Positions 47,903-61,963 are shown, counted from the whole stretch's first letter. The stretch: 63,139 nucleotides of DNA, filler included, from Circinaria calcarea (GCA_051942165.1; 49 parts of 49 records of this genome joined end to end with filler, not necessarily neighbours in it); one strand, 5' to 3'. A program made the numbers and translations. The notes: a model not told the origin generated them from the sequence alone.

Positions 47903-48441
47903 GTAATGTCGGAGGATACCTGGGCTAGCTTCTCATTCCTTCGTCTGTAAAGCTTCCGCTTCTTTAAGACCGGCTTATCTCCATTCTCCTGCGCGCGGAG
48001 GGACAAATGCATATCCTTCGGCTGCCGCAACGCATGCCCCGCCGATGAAACACGGGGAGGCGGAGTCTTGGTTTGCTCAACTTCTTCAACCTCATCGTCT
48101 TCGAGATCTACGATGCTCCGGACACGTTTGACCTTCTGAGGTGACGAAAAGGCCGAAGATATGGCAGAAGGAGAGTTTGCATTATCCGAATCGTCCGAGA
48201 TCGCATAAGTGATAGGCTCCTTTCGCCGTAGACCTCGTTCAGTCATTTTTATCTCTGGGCTGGGTTGGGGGACCCAAATTAGGGGTCGCACCGATTTGAC
48301 TGGTTTGGGGGAAGGGGAAAAAGCTGCTAGCAATTCCGACGCTGTCGTGGACCTAGAAACCTTTATCCGATCTGGACTGGGAGAATATATCGGACTCGGT
48401 GGTAGCGGGTCTTTCATGGACAGAATAGGTGCTCTAATCAA
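47903..48441 (-). CDS. Disordered N-terminal region of an unidentified nuclear protein (possibly a SNF2-family remodeller)
   Basis: Long open S/P-rich frame with KKRK; family call is weak recollection only. Confidence 0.5.
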
Positions 48442-48966
48442 GTCGCAAGACCTCCTTTGATACTCAAGAAGAATTTAGAACTCTACACGTATTCGTTTGG
48501 GTGGAGGTACAGCTTACCTGGCAAATTGTACAGATTGGCAATTTTACAGCTGTCAGACTCTGGATCTATTATGTAGTCGCTCTAAAAGATGCGCCTGGCG
48601 TTCACGAATTTGGGGCGTGAGGCTCCCAGTTTGTAGACTCAGCAAATAAGACAAAGCGATCGTGGTAACGAAGAAGTAAAGGTTAGGTCATCCTAAAGGA
48701 GTGTGATCATACACGCTGTCGCAGAACGCTTCGATGTGCGATAATTAGGTATCCACGGGTTTAACAGTTACCACGCGACAATCGAGCGCGTCAGGCTACC
48801 CGGGCTTAGTTTAACCGTACCCCCGACTAAGCGGCCGATTAGTGGGGGGTACGGAATATGGTTAGGGCCTAGATTAGATATGCGACCTCATCATCTCACT
48901 TGCTCCTGAAGCTGAGTACTGTACATAAACTAGTAAAAAAATGAGAGAAAGTGTACTGAGAAAGCA

Positions 48967-49083
48967 ATGAATTCTCCCACGGCGTCTTCTCACATCGCCC
49001 ACACCCTCCTAACCCGTGCGCACTCCCCCACAACCGCATCCACCATCTTCGCCGACAAAGTCCTCCACAAGCCCCTCCATCTC
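48967..49083 (+). CDS. POP4: RNase P/MRP subunit Pop4, N-terminus
   Basis: A..LL.RAHSP..A..IF.DKV..KPL motif. Confidence 0.7.
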
Positions 49084-49798
49084 NNNNNNNNNNNNNNNNN
49101 NNNNNNNNNNNNNNNNNNNNNNNNNNNTTAATTAATTAANNNNNNNNNNNNNNNNNNNNNNNNNNNNNNNNNNNNNNNNNNNNGTGCTAGCCGCTAGGTG
49201 CTGGGTAAATAAAGGTAGCTGTTGCGGAGGCATTGTTTTTTGATATGGGGGTAAGGGAGGGAGGTTGGAAATTGAAGTTGGGAAGGGGCCGTTTGGGTTT
49301 GGGGGCATGGAAACCAAGTATACCAACTCTGAGAAAAGAGCCCATGAATATATCACGACAGAATGGAATGTTCAAATTTCGTAGGACGGTCGACTTTTTC
49401 TTAGTTTCCTACCTAAGCAACCCCGTTACCGTCAACTGTCTTTGTTCTTTTCCTCTCCCCTCTGGGCGGGGGCGCAACAAGCAACCCTTTTATTTTTTCT
49501 CATTCTCGAGAAAGTCGAAATGTCCAAACCCCCTTTAAGCCAATAACCCTCGCACTGATAAAAAGTAAAGTAGAGGGTATTCCTGCATTTGGTCATTTCT
49601 GCAATAGTTTTAAAAGGGGGGGGGGGGTTCGATTTGCCCTCCTGTGACAAACAAAGTCCGACATTGAAAAGGTGGGACGATGTATACTGAGGAGGGGGGA
49701 AGGAGGTGTGTGTTTTGGGGAGAAAGTGAAGAGGGGAACCCAGACTGAAAGGGGGCGAAGAGATAGATTTTGATAATCATGATAAATGCCAACCGTAA

Positions 49799-50363
49799 TC
49801 AAAACGGCTTCGCTACCTTCCTACTCTCCGTCCGCCCCGTCACCGGATCCTTGAACTCCTTCCAGCTGATCGGATACATGGTGTTTCCTTCCTCGCTCGT
49901 CGCCATAATCACCCCCAGCTCGTTTTTTGCCGTACTGAGGTAGTAGTTCGATTGATCGCCTAGGCTGATCTGTATATCCGCCCCCCGATATATCCGGATT
50001 AGCTCTTGAAGCCATACGCATTGAGCACAAGTATCCGCATGAGACGATAAGACTTACCACCACGGCCCTCACCAAATCCCCAACCCGGAACCCCTCGGCC
50101 ACAACCACCTTGTCCTTCTCCCACCCCCTCACATCCTCCCGCCTCACCACGCCCGTCCACGAATCCGCGCACACCTGCTCGTCCACGACGAGGATCTCGA
50201 CCGTCACCTGGCGGGTCTGCAGGCGTGTGACACGGCAGAGAACGGTGCTGTTGACTTGCGGGAGAACATTTATTTGTGGGGAGGAGAGGCGGGGGATCGA
50301 GAGCGTGGGGAGATTGGAGGAGGTGGGATTGGATGGCGCGGTGGGTTTTGTGGAAGATGAGAC
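49799..50363 (-). CDS. CSL4: Exosome complex component Csl4, 3' part, one intron
   Basis: GVVRREDVR..EKDKV...FRVGDLVRAVV|ISLGDQSNYYLSTAKNELGV...E.RKVAKP. Confidence 0.93.
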
Positions 50364-50463
50364 NNNNNNNNNNNNNNNNNNNNNNNNNNNNNNNNNNNNN
50401 NNNNNNNTTAATTAATTAANNNNNNNNNNNNNNNNNNNNNNNNNNNNNNNNNNNNNNNNNNNN

Positions 50464-51629
50464 ACCGCTCACGACGCAGGTCATCGAGGTATCACCCACA
50501 ACTTCATCGCTGATACCTTGATCGGCATGTTTGTCGCGGACTTTTGCTGTGGCCTCTCAATCGGATGGTGGAAGAGCAGCCACAATGTGCATCATCTTGT
50601 TACGAACCACCCTGTGAGTGTTCTTCATCTCGCTGCGTCGTTGGATCTCAAGCACGGATTGCTGCACTACATCTACGGAAGCCTTAAGCAACTGCCTATC
50701 TTTCAGCTTCACATCTACTACGTACTGACAAAATCCCCTGAATTCTCTCTTCAATCCGTCATTAATTTGCGCCTGTACGCGAATTCCAGTATTCAACTTA
50801 GCAAGAGCTTTATCCGTTAGCAGCTTTCTCTCTCTTGACCATCTCACCATGTAAACCACTGCTAACCCCACCTTCCAACCAGGAACACGATCCCGATATC
50901 CAAAATGTCCCTCTCTTCGCCACTTCTCCTTCATTCTTCAAATCCGTGCACTCCTCCTACTACAACTTTACCTTCGCTTGGGATGCCTTCGCCTCCATCG
51001 CTGTCAAATATCAAAAGTACACGTACTACCCTGTTATGGGCATCGCCCGCTTCAACCTTTACCTCCTTTCCTGGCTACACCTCCTCTCTCCACGTTCCGC
51101 CAACCTCGGCTCGGCCGCCTGGACTCGACCGACAGAAATCGGCTTCATGCTCTGCTACTGGTTCCTATTCGGTTACTGTCTCATTTGGCGCTCCATCCCC
51201 ACGTGGACAGTGCGCGTTCTCTTCGTCCTAGTCTCCCACATCATTACCATGCCCCTGCACGTGCAAATCACCCTCTCCCACTGGGGCATGCCTACCGCCG
51301 ACCTCGGCGCCCTCGAATCTTTTCCCCAACGCCAACTTCGCACCACCATGGATGTTGCCTGCCCCGCTTGGCTGGATTTCATCCACGGCGGCTTGCAGTT
51401 CCAAGCCGTGCATCACTTGTTTCCGCGCGTGCCAAGGCATAATCTCCGGAGGCTGCAGGTACTGGTGAGGGAGTTTTGCGCGGAGACGGGCATCGAGTAT
51501 AAGATTTTGGGGTTCGTGGATGGGAACAAGGAGGTTCTAGGTCGGCTGGGGGAGTTGAGCCGGCAGGTGGAGATCTTGGTCCAATGCCAACAGTACATGG
51601 CTAAGACGGGGGAGAGTGGACTGCATTGA
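50464..51629 (+). CDS. Delta-8 sphingolipid desaturase (front-end desaturase), 5' truncated; intron 50614-50882
   Basis: Three His boxes HDAGH, HNVHH, QAVHH; HP|EHDPDIQ. Confidence 0.9.
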
Positions 51630-54299
51630 TGGGGGGGGGGATNNNNNNNNNNNNNNNNNNNNNNNNNNNNNNNNNNNNNNNNNNNNTTAATTAATTAANN
51701 NNNNNNNNNNNNNNNNNNNNNNNNNNNNNNNNNNNNNNNNNNAGTGGGCCTGGGACAACTTATGGCAATGCATGGGGGGCGCCGGCAGGGAACCACGACT
51801 GGGCGAGTGATTACGAGGGACGGTAGATTTCCACTGGTCAAAGCTCTTGCTGCCTCTCTTCGGACAGATCGAACAGTCTGAGCATGGAAATTTGCCCTCC
51901 TACCGATCAGCGTTGCTTCTTGTCCGCATGTTTGTGGGGGGGAAACAACTGTCCAAACGCCTATTGGGTTTCCAATTGCATTTTTAATGACGATATACCA
52001 CTTTGGAACTTTTGCCGGCATTAATCTTTCGGGGTTCTTTCCGCACGCATTTTTTGGGGGTATTTGGCCCGAATATATGGGACTCCTAAAGCGCCATCGG
52101 TTCTGCAATGCAAGCTGCCGCTAGCCTATCGCTACAGATGGATCGATAATGCTGTCTTTCTATTTGTCACGGATGATGGAGTTATGAATCTTCTGTTACA
52201 TAGATTCTCGAAGTGCTGTGTGTGTGCCGCCCATAGCATGCGATGACATGGCATGGCATGGTGTGGCGTGGCTCAGCCAGCTGTAGATGGGAGAGTAGAG
52301 AAGGGACTTTTTTGTATATTGCGAGGGTCGACATGTCCAATAGATTCCCATTTTTCATTTCTGGGCTTCTTGTTGGGTGAATGGTGATGTGAACCGTTTA
52401 TGGTACAGTTGCAACATGCGGTGGGGGATCTTGCCTATATTTGACTTGCTTGGTTGTGTCTCCCAGCTGCGTGCGTTAGAAGACTCTAAAAAATTGTCTC
52501 CCGGCCCCGTCGGAAAGAAGTCCTTCTCTTGGCCTAGCCATCTCTACGTAAAGAAACATCCTGAGGTACCGAGTATCGACAAGTTGATATTTGCCCCAAA
52601 TCTCCCACGCTGAGTGCCCTCCCCAATAGCACTCCTCCTTCTTCCCATCTCCCGCTACCTATTCCAGCTTTACTCCAGACTTCCTGTCCCTCCTCTGGTG
52701 TGGAGACTTGTCGAAACGTGGTCTTGTCTATTCTATACTATTCTACGTCCGTTGGGGTGGGGTGTGTGCTGGGATCCTGGGATCCCCCCCCCGGGCTAGG
52801 GGTTTCAAGGCTGGAGGACTACGTTTGTGAGGTCGATAGCAGGGCTGGCGAGTTAATAGAAAGGGTTATGGATGGATGGATAGGAGCGGGTGGCGGAGGG
52901 TTGAAAGGGGGTGTGCTGTTTNNNNNNNNNNNNNNNNNNNNNNNNNNNNNNNNNNNNNNNNNNNNTTAATTAATTAANNNNNNNNNNNNNNNNNNNNNNN
53001 NNNNNNNNNNNNNNNNNNNNNTCTATGCCTTTCAATGCGTCCGCTTGCAGGAGCGCCTGTATACAGCACTCACCTTTAATCCTGGAAATTCGCTCCAAAG
53101 GTTACATCTTTAGGAACTTCAGTACCCAGAACACCCTTTCTGCATTAAATTACGTACATGCATCTCCTAGTATTGATTGACTTGCTGTTGATGGCACTGT
53201 AGGCTCTACAGAGTCAGACTTGTATTGGGCATTTCGATACTCAGTACTCGTCTACCTTGAGCAATGTCCGCAACATTACTGCTGCCAGGCAATCCTCAGA
53301 CAAGAACTTCGGTTCTCTAATGAGGTGATAGCAGTAGTACATGACTAAACACTACCTAACTGGCTAATTTGTTGACTCTCCTAGGTGTCCCAGGATCAGA
53401 TTAGGAGGAGCTAGGCCTAATCCCCGTGCCTTTCGTTGTTTCGAGTGCACTCGTTGTCCTTCCTCTTCAGGAGTAGGACGGGGGCAGTTTGCTCTTTCCG
53501 ACCTTTGATCTCACAGAGGGAATCGAACAGCCTTCGGGCAGTTTTGCTCCCTCGAGAGGCTTGGTCGGCGGTCAAGTTGCTTCCAAATCACGGGGTTTTG
53601 ACTGGCTTTCGAGCATTGTGGACCCCCGGAGAGGAATATTGACCGAGAGCGACCTCACTCTTTCCGATCGTTCCAGTGTGCAAACGGGCGTCCAGGGTCT
53701 ATCAGCATCGGGTCTGAAAGGATTGAGTTGGGCGTCCGAGGCAGAGACTCAAAGGGAGTTGACTCTTGGGCATGGTAGTTCCCCGATGCGTTCGGGTTCG
53801 GATGGTGAGCCTGCCTTCGGGTATAGTAGCTCCCAGACGAACTCGGGATGTTGAGGGTGAGCTTAAACTACCCTTGAGACCTCCCTAAGAGCTCTGCCAA
53901 TGACGGCGGCTGTCCTAAACTTAACTCCATGCGCATGTAGATGCCATTGAGGGCTGGTTGACTGGGTGGGTGGTGGAATTTCGCTACTTCGAAAGGCACG
54001 TGTAGATTGGCAACTCACAGGGCGCGTCGACGGAGAAGCTGGCAAAGGAAATGAGAAGAGGATGACGTGAGGATGGGCAGGATATGAAGCTGGGCAGGAA
54101 AGGAAAGGAAAGGAATATGGGTTAGTCGATCCTAAGAAGTTGACCGTGAGAGTCTGGGTTGAGAATATACGAGAGGGTGAACTTTGTTTGGAGTGAGAAN
54201 NNNNNNNNNNNNNNNNNNNNNNNNNNNNNNNNNNNNNNNNNNNTTAATTAATTAANNNNNNNNNNNNNNNNNNNNNNNNNNNNNNNNNNNNNNNNNNNN

Positions 54300-54966
54300 G
54301 CATCACAAGATGAAGCGGAGCGGCATAAGATGGAAAACCAACGAGCTCGTCGATCGGCCATGTCCCGAGCTCGAAATTCACTTCTCTTTACTACAATTGG
54401 ACCGGGTACCGCGTGGGTACTGTGGCTGGATGCCGACGTAGTCGAGACACCTGCTTCGCTCATACAGGATCTGGCAGCTCACGACAAACCAGTTATTGTT
54501 CCAAACTGCCTCCAGCGGTATACGAATGATGAGGGCAAACCAGACGTCCGGGGTTATGACCTCAACTCCTGGCAAGATAGTCCCGAGGCGGCTGCCATAG
54601 CTAAGAAGATGGGTCCTGATGATATTCTACTGGAGGGATATGGAGAGATGGCAACATATAGAAAGTTGATGGCGAAAATCGCTGACACGAGCGAAGGTCG
54701 GGATCAGAAGACCATTATGCCACTGGATGGTGTAGGTGGAACGGCGCTTTTGGTCAAAGCGGAGGTGCATAGGGATGGAGCCATGTTTCCACCTTTTGCA
54801 TTCTATCATCTCATGGAGACGGAGGGATTTGCCAAGATGGCGAGGAGGCTGGGCTGGGGGTGCTGGGGTTTACCGAATTATTTTGTAAGTCTCAATCTCC
54901 GTTGGAAAATGTGATTATGGATCGGTGACTCACTGGATGTGGCAGGTGTATCACTATAATGAATAG
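54300..54966 (+). CDS. MNN9: Anp1/Mnn9-family (GT62) mannosyltransferase, 3' part; intron 54885-54945
   Basis: ARNSLLFTT.GP...WVLWLDAD, LDGVGGTALLVKA.VHRDGAMFP, ETEGFAKMA, GLPNYF|VYHYNE*. Confidence 0.85.
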
Positions 54967-55834
54967 ATTCTTGTCAGATATGAAACACATATTATGTGGA
55001 GTGTCCTCGGGGGTTGTCCGTATCCGCATTTGAGGGTGACGTTTGATTTGGGTATATGCATACGATTCATGGCGTCGCTCGATTTGACAGCATAGCGAGC
55101 CGTCCTGTCCTTTTGGGCCCGGAGTAACATAGGTACGAAGGTAGAAATAAGGATTTTCCATCGAATTTTTACTGGTAGGATCGGAATTAAAACGAACATC
55201 TATCCCTTAACCTGGCAATCCGGCACATGCGAACATGCATACCTGGAATACACAGCTTGAGTTGCTCGGATAGGTCTGGGAATAGGTTCCCATATCTCCG
55301 ACTACTGAACTTGTACGGATACCGAAAAGGGGCCCAACTTCATCTAGAAAAAAATAAATAACCCTCCGATGCGCGACGCGCGGGTCTCTCTTATCCTTCC
55401 TTCCACCTAATTGTATTCACAATCCTCGGCTTTCTTTCTTTCTTTCTTTCCGTTCCACCCCTCCCCTCCCCTCAACCNNNNNNNNNNNNNNNNNNNNNNN
55501 NNNNNNNNNNNNNNNNNNNNNTTAATTAATTAANNNNNNNNNNNNNNNNNNNNNNNNNNNNNNNNNNNNNNNNNNNNTGTGAGGTGAGGGTGCGCTCCTG
55601 ATCAAACTGGAGCTCGCAACTCTGCCCTGCATTGCGTATGCTTATACGCTTATATATACGAGGAGATAATTCAGCTGTCGGTATGGTCCTACTGCTATAT
55701 GGTCACTTCACACGTACATGTCTTCATCCGATTTTCGTGACCAGGCCCACTAACGAGGCATCATCCCATGGATGAAGATCAGGGAGCTGTTTTCTGTGCG
55801 TCGACTTTGAAATCAGTACATCACTCGCGGAACG

Positions 55835-56716
55835 ATGCGGATCCCCAACCCTGACCAAACAAAGACATCCCCAACGGTTCACCGAGTCGTATGCTACTGG
55901 CAAACCCACCACCAAGATGGCAAATTCGTCTCCATCCTCCCCCTCCTTGGCCACAGAACCGGTGTCACGCACGTCGTGGTGGCAGCCATCCATCTGAACA
56001 AACCGGCGGGAAACATCACCCTCAACGACGACGACTACAAAGACCCCAAGAACATCATCCTCTGGCACGAAGTGCAGGACTTACAAGGAGCAGATGTGAA
56101 GGTCCTGGGGATGCTGGGCGGCGCTGCTCTAGGCTCATTTACGGTCCTCGACGGCGATACCACAAGCTTCCGCGCCTACTACGAACCCCTTCGCCAAATG
56201 ATCGCTTGGACCGGTCTGGATGGACTGGACCTCGACGTCGAGGAGCATATGTCCCTCGCGGGAATCATCCGACTGATCGATCAGCTCAAAACCGACTTCG
56301 GGTCGGACTTCCTGATCACGCTGGCTCCCGTCGCAACGGCCCTGCAGGGCAAAGACCACCTGTCTGGATTCGACTACGCGGACTTGGAAAAGGCATTCGG
56401 AAGCAAGATTGCGTGGTACAACACGCAGTTCTATTGCGGCTGGGGCACCATGGAGAACCCCGATGGCTACGAGGAGATTATGAAGAGGGGCTGGCCGGCT
56501 GAGAAGGTGGTGGCGGGCTTGGTGACTAACCCGGCCAACTGCAAGGGATGGGTCGGCGACAAGGCGCTGCGCAAGACGTTGAGCTTCCTGGTGAAGAAGT
56601 ATCCGGGGTTTGGCGGGGTTATGGGCTGGGAGTATTTCAATTCCATGACGGAGGAAACACCGGAAGGAAAGCCTTGGAGCTGGGCTCAGATGATGACGGA
56701 TATAATGCGGTCATGA
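55835..56716 (+). CDS. GH18 endo-beta-N-acetylglucosaminidase/chitinase-like protein, complete and intronless
   Basis: LDGLDLDVEE (DxxDxDxE), WYNTQFYCGWG, FGGVMGWEYFN; no signal peptide. Confidence 0.9.
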   Translation: MRIPNPDQTKTSPTVHRVVCYWQTHHQDGKFVSILPLLGHRTGVTHVVVAAIHLNKPAGNITLNDDDYKDPKNIILWHEVQDLQGADVKVLGMLGGAALGSFTVLDGDTTSFRAYYEPLRQMIAWTGLDGLDLDVEEHMSLAGIIRLIDQLKTDFGSDFLITLAPVATALQGKDHLSGFDYADLEKAFGSKIAWYNTQFYCGWGTMENPDGYEEIMKRGWPAEKVVAGLVTNPANCKGWVGDKALRKTLSFLVKKYPGFGGVMGWEYFNSMTEETPEGKPWSWAQMMTDIMRS

Positions 56717-56855
56717 TATTATTATCGCAGGTGATATCTCGAGAGCTGTATATAGNNNNNNNNNNNNNNNNNNNNNNNNNNNNNNNNNNNNNNNNNNNNT
56801 TAATTAATTAANNNNNNNNNNNNNNNNNNNNNNNNNNNNNNNNNNNNNNNNNNNN

Positions 56856-58033
56856 GGTGACTATAACATTGTTACAGGGGATCACTTGGCGTACCGGTAT
56901 GAAGTTGTCGACATACTCGGGAAAGGTAGCTTTGGTCAGGTTGTACGCTGCGTTGATCACAAAACCGGCGGTCTGGTGGCCATCAAAATCATAAGGAATA
57001 AGAAAAGGTTTCATCAACAGGCTCTAGTGGAGGTCAATATTTTGCAAAAGCTAAGAGAATGGGTTAGTTTGAAACCTCCCATTTCCTTGCTTGATATGCC
57101 ACTGATACGAATGACTCTCTAGGATCCAGAAAATAAATATAGTATGGTGAATTTCACTCAAAGCTTCTATTTTAGAGGCCACCTTTGCATCTCCACAGAG
57201 CTACTGGGCATGAACCTTTACGAATTCATCAAAGTCCACGAGTTCCGTGGATTTTCGCTCAAGCTGATTCGACGATTCACGAAACAACTCCTCAACAGTC
57301 TTGTCTTACTCAAAAGTCGCAAAGTCATCCATTGTGACTTGAAGCCGGAAAACATATTACTTGCTCATCCAGCCCACTCTGAAATCAAAGTCATCGATTT
57401 CGGTTCAAGCTGTATGGAAAAGGAAAAGGTCTACACTTATATCCAATCGCGCTTCTACAGGTCGCCCGAAGTCATTCTCGGAATGACATATGGCATGCCT
57501 ATTGATATGTGGAGCCTGGGCTGCATCCTAGCTGAGCTTTTGACTGGTTTCCCCATCTTTCCAGGTGAAAATGAACAGGAACAACTTGCATGTATCATGG
57601 AAGTCTTTGGTTCTCCCGATAAGCATCTGATAGAGAAAAGTACCCGCAAGAAGCTCTTCTTTGATTCCCTCGGCAAACCACGCCTGACGGTTTCATCCAA
57701 GGGTAAAAGACGACGGCCGAGTTCGAAAACCCTTCAGCAGGTGCTAAAGTGTGACGATGATGCGTTCCTTGACTTCATCACTCGCTGTCTCCGATGGGAT
57801 CCTGATCGACGACTCAAACCAGATGAGGCTATTCATCATGAGTTCATAACCGGTATCAAACCTCCCAAGGTTCATAATTTCCGTGGCCTAACATCGTCCT
57901 CAACGAACATCAATCCTTCGCCTATCAAACGCTACAACTCCGTACATACCCCTGCGAGTACCATTCGTCCTCTTCCCGATCCACCGGCAACTAGCATCAA
58001 GAACGGTGTGGTGGTGAGAGGTCGAGACGGGCA
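56856..58033 (+). CDS. DYRK-family kinase (Pom1-like), partial, one intron
   Basis: [36 protein letters not shown]. Confidence 0.93.
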
Positions 58034-58133
58034 NNNNNNNNNNNNNNNNNNNNNNNNNNNNNNNNNNNNNNNNNNNNTTAATTAATTAANNNNNNNNNNN
58101 NNNNNNNNNNNNNNNNNNNNNNNNNNNNNNNNN

Positions 58134-59311
58134 GCGTTGGATGGTAGTGAAGCCGCCTCACTATTATTTAAAGCTGGTTGCCCGCTTAGATGTCAGGGTT
58201 ACCACAGTGAGATGACCTATTGTGAAAAGTTCCTATCGTTGAATCATTGGGGTCGTCGAAGGTGGCCGATACGGGCACATGGGCCGAAACAGCTTAACCT
58301 ACTTCTTATCAAAGAAATCATCGATCGCCGCAAAAAGCTAGCCAACTTTGCCAGTCATCACTTGCCAGAACACGTGCTTGACTGGCTGGGAACCTTAGGA
58401 ACAGTTGTGGATGATAACAGAGCTCACGCTACTTGGGAGGCTCTCATCGAGCTTGGGTTCCAGATACCGCCGGGTTTGGACACATTGGGCTTATTTGTGT
58501 ATCATCAGTTCATAACTGCGGATCTCGCCGAACTCCTGTATAAAATGGAATTTTGTGATGTTGACACTTACGACTTCTCCGGCTTTACGCCGCTAATGTT
58601 CTTGTCTTGCCAAAAGGAGCCTGACATGGCTGTCGCTAATTGGTTTCTTGAAAACGGCGCGGATCCCCTGAAGCCACACCGAGATCACGATTTGAATGTA
58701 CTGCACGTTGCGGTCTTTGCTGGGGACCCATCATCATCATTTAACTGTCAACTTAAGGACGTCTTCTCATCTCAGTGGATGCTAAATAAACTATCAATGA
58801 ATCAGTTAATCGATCCTGTAGTCATTGATCGGGGCTATTATACTAAGATCATAACCCCGATTATGCAGCGCCTACTGCAGGAGATCTCTCCTACCAGCCA
58901 TGATTCCTGCAAATGTTCATGCTCTGCTTCTGGCTGCACATCAACCACGATGTTGCTCAAGAGTCAGATATCCCACGGACGCGCGAATTCTTGGTGGTCC
59001 CGTAATGTTTACGATAATTCAGCGTCGCTTTTTTCGTGGTATATGGCTATTGCAGCTGTTGGAGGTCCGGTGAACGAGGTCCGTGAAGAAGTCCGACGCT
59101 TCACAGCGTTCACAGAGCTGGATTTAACCCATACATGCTGCCGCGCATCCTCATATGAGGGGACAATCGTATTGATGCCCAAGGAAGACGTTGACGACAT
59201 CCATGAGGAAGAAGGGGAGTTCATAGATCAACTGGAGCAAATCCTTGATAATTACGAATCTCGTCCTTGGAAGTCCTGGTCAAAGAATGCTTACCTAGGC
59301 GAAGTCAACGT
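58134..59311 (+). CDS. Fungal ankyrin-containing protein with a Cys-rich C-terminal domain, partial
   Basis: GFTPLM..., W FLENGAD ANK-like unit; DSCKCSCSASGC and LTHTCC...IHEEE motifs. Confidence 0.75.
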
Positions 59312-59411
59312 NNNNNNNNNNNNNNNNNNNNNNNNNNNNNNNNNNNNNNNNNNNNTTAATTAATTAANNNNNNNNNNNNNNNNNNNNNNNNNNNNNNNNN
59401 NNNNNNNNNNN

Positions 59412-60560
59412 TTGCGCCACCAAAGGCATCCATACACAGTCTATTGCAGCACTTGCAATCGTTTTGACACTGACGGCGCGTACCAACAATCCTATAAAAC
59501 TTCCAACTCCGTGCGCTTTACTTGACTCCACCCTGACTAGTCAGGCACCCCCTCACATCTATTACGACGAAGAATTTTTCCAATTGGATAAATGCATCAC
59601 ACTTAGCTGCAGTTGGCAGGGAATCGAATCATTGCTGTGTTGTGTGTTTTTTGATCCCAGTGTGCCTTGCAACCTAGTTGGAGCGCAGATGACAGGCGCC
59701 TTGGAGGCACTCTCTCAATGCAAAGATGATCGACGAACTCTTGCTAGAGTCATGGCCAATATCTGTCCGAAGTTATCACTTCTCTGGCTGGCTGTAATAT
59801 GGACTGGCGAAGCAGCAGGAATCATCAAGTGCATTGAGGGAGGTACCCAACCTATTAACCTTGCTGCAGCATCCTGGCCTGGAATGACAGAGTCATTCGT
59901 TCAAATCAACTATCCCTCGTCGAGTTGTCTGAATGGCCAGGTGATGCGGGCAAAGGAATACATTCTTACCTATCTCACCGAACCTGAAGTCCCACTGCCT
60001 TTCACGCCCTCACCACCATTCGGTATAAAGGACGAAACGAATCTGAGTATTGGAGTTAGAACGCACCTGGAGCATACTCATATGCTCCTCACATATGATA
60101 TGCACTGGATCCTCGAGAATGACGATAGATTACCTAGCTACCCGACCCCCTTATCTCTAAATCCAATCAACATTGCTCTCATGCCAAAGATTCCTGTAGG
60201 ACAAATCAAGGAACACAAGTAAGTGATTTGTAATTTAGTTGACGGCTGCACTTCTAACTTCAAACTAGCAAGATAGACAATGACGAAAAGGCTTCTTTTG
60301 ATGCTACTTGTAATCTTTTTAGTTGGCATAAGAACATTGAAGGGGGTTTATGGCTTAAAGGGGGCCCTGGTGAGAGTAATGAAGATGTTAGAAACATAAA
60401 CTCGCACGCTTGGATAATGGACGCTTTCTCGGATGAAGAATCGATACCTGATGACGAGCCGATAACTAACGAAGAGGTCAAGAAGCAGTTTAGCGAGGAC
60501 CGAGTTAAAAGATGGCAGGACGGATTACTTCCTCCAGACGACCTTGATGCGCATGTATGA
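59412..60560 (+). CDS. Uncharacterised fungal protein, 3' part; intron at about 60219-60271
   Basis: 252-aa ORF (CITLSC...FFDPSVPCNLVGA) splices GTAAGT...CTAG to a frame ending DLDAHV*. Confidence 0.65.
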
Positions 60561-61963
60561 GGGCAAAACTATCTCATAACATGGATANNNNNNNNNNNNN
60601 NNNNNNNNNNNNNNNNNNNNNNNNNNNNNNNTTAATTAATTAANNNNNNNNNNNNNNNNNNNNNNNNNNNNNNNNNNNNNNNNNNNNCTCTCCCCCCTCT
60701 CTCCCCTCCCCTTTCCTCCCTTATCAAAAAAAATTTAATAAAACACCAACCATACCTCCGCCGTCCCTGTTCCTCTCTGTCTCTGGTTTCCAACCTCCTC
60801 GCTCTCTTCCTAGGTGCTACTTTTCCTTCTCTTTCTCTCTTTCGCCTCCCTCATTCGATGTGGGTCTGAGGTTTTTCTCTCAGTCCTTCTCCGTGCTTCT
60901 CGCTCCCGTTAACCCCCCATGCTGGCGACGATGGCTGGGCTAGTTGGGGCAGTTGTGCATATCGAAACGAACCTACGGAGTAGATCTACGTCATGGTTGT
61001 AGGGTTTTACTTCGGTTATGAGTCCGAGCGAGCTTAAGGTTTTGGTGGGTTCGCTACTGAGGTGACTACGAGTTGTCCATTTGACCCAGGCTTCCGAGAC
61101 ACGTTCCGGGGGATGTTTTTTGTGTTGTGGGGGGGAAGGAAGGAAAGAAGAGGATTATTTTTGTGTTTATGTTTTTGCATTGTAAGGAGACAAGCTGAGA
61201 TGAGATGATGAATGACTGGTTTGGGGGGGTATCCTTTTCTCCCGCACACAGAATAGAAACGAAAAAATACAGGCGGTTGGATCTCCTCCCATCCCCATCT
61301 CATCGATCATATATCCCCACAACTCAGACAATGACTCTCCCGTTTTCCCTCTACTTAAACCCAATCTACGCTCCACCTTCCCCTTAAGGGTCACCGCCCA
61401 AAGGCCAAAAACCCCTCCCCTCCCATTCAAACCCGGAAGCGGCGCCCAGGTTTACTTCTCAGATCAGATCGAAAACGGTTTACATGCACACACATGGACT
61501 CCTCTCCCCTCGGACCTCCATCACGTGCCCCTTCCGCTTCTGGAGTTCTAATTAACCTCCCTACTTACTCACTCCAAATGTCCTTCGCCAGCACTTTCTG
61601 TCTCGGCTTGCCGCGGAATACGAAAGGGGAGTTACGGAGTCACGGGAGGGCCCGGGGTTACAAAAGGGGGGAGTGGGGAGGAGTCGGAGAAGGGAGCGCA
61701 TGGTTGGTTTTATCACTCATGTAACCCTTTGCGGACACCTTATTCGAGGATTAGATTGAGAGGGGAGGGACTGCTAACCTTTACGTTTCATGTTTAATAT
61801 CTCTGTCTCCGTGGTGGAATTTTTCCTTTGAGGGAGAGGGGATTGTGGGGCGGGGAAGCAATGNNNNNNNNNNNNNNNNNNNNNNNNNNNNNNNNNNNNN
61901 NNNNNNNTTAATTAATTAANNNNNNNNNNNNNNNNNNNNNNNNNNNNNNNNNNNNNNNNNNNN

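Noticed and set aside
53383..54045. ORFs on both strands of contig 53022-54199
   Set aside because: No recognisable domain; the most protein-like minus frame has several stops; cannot support a call.
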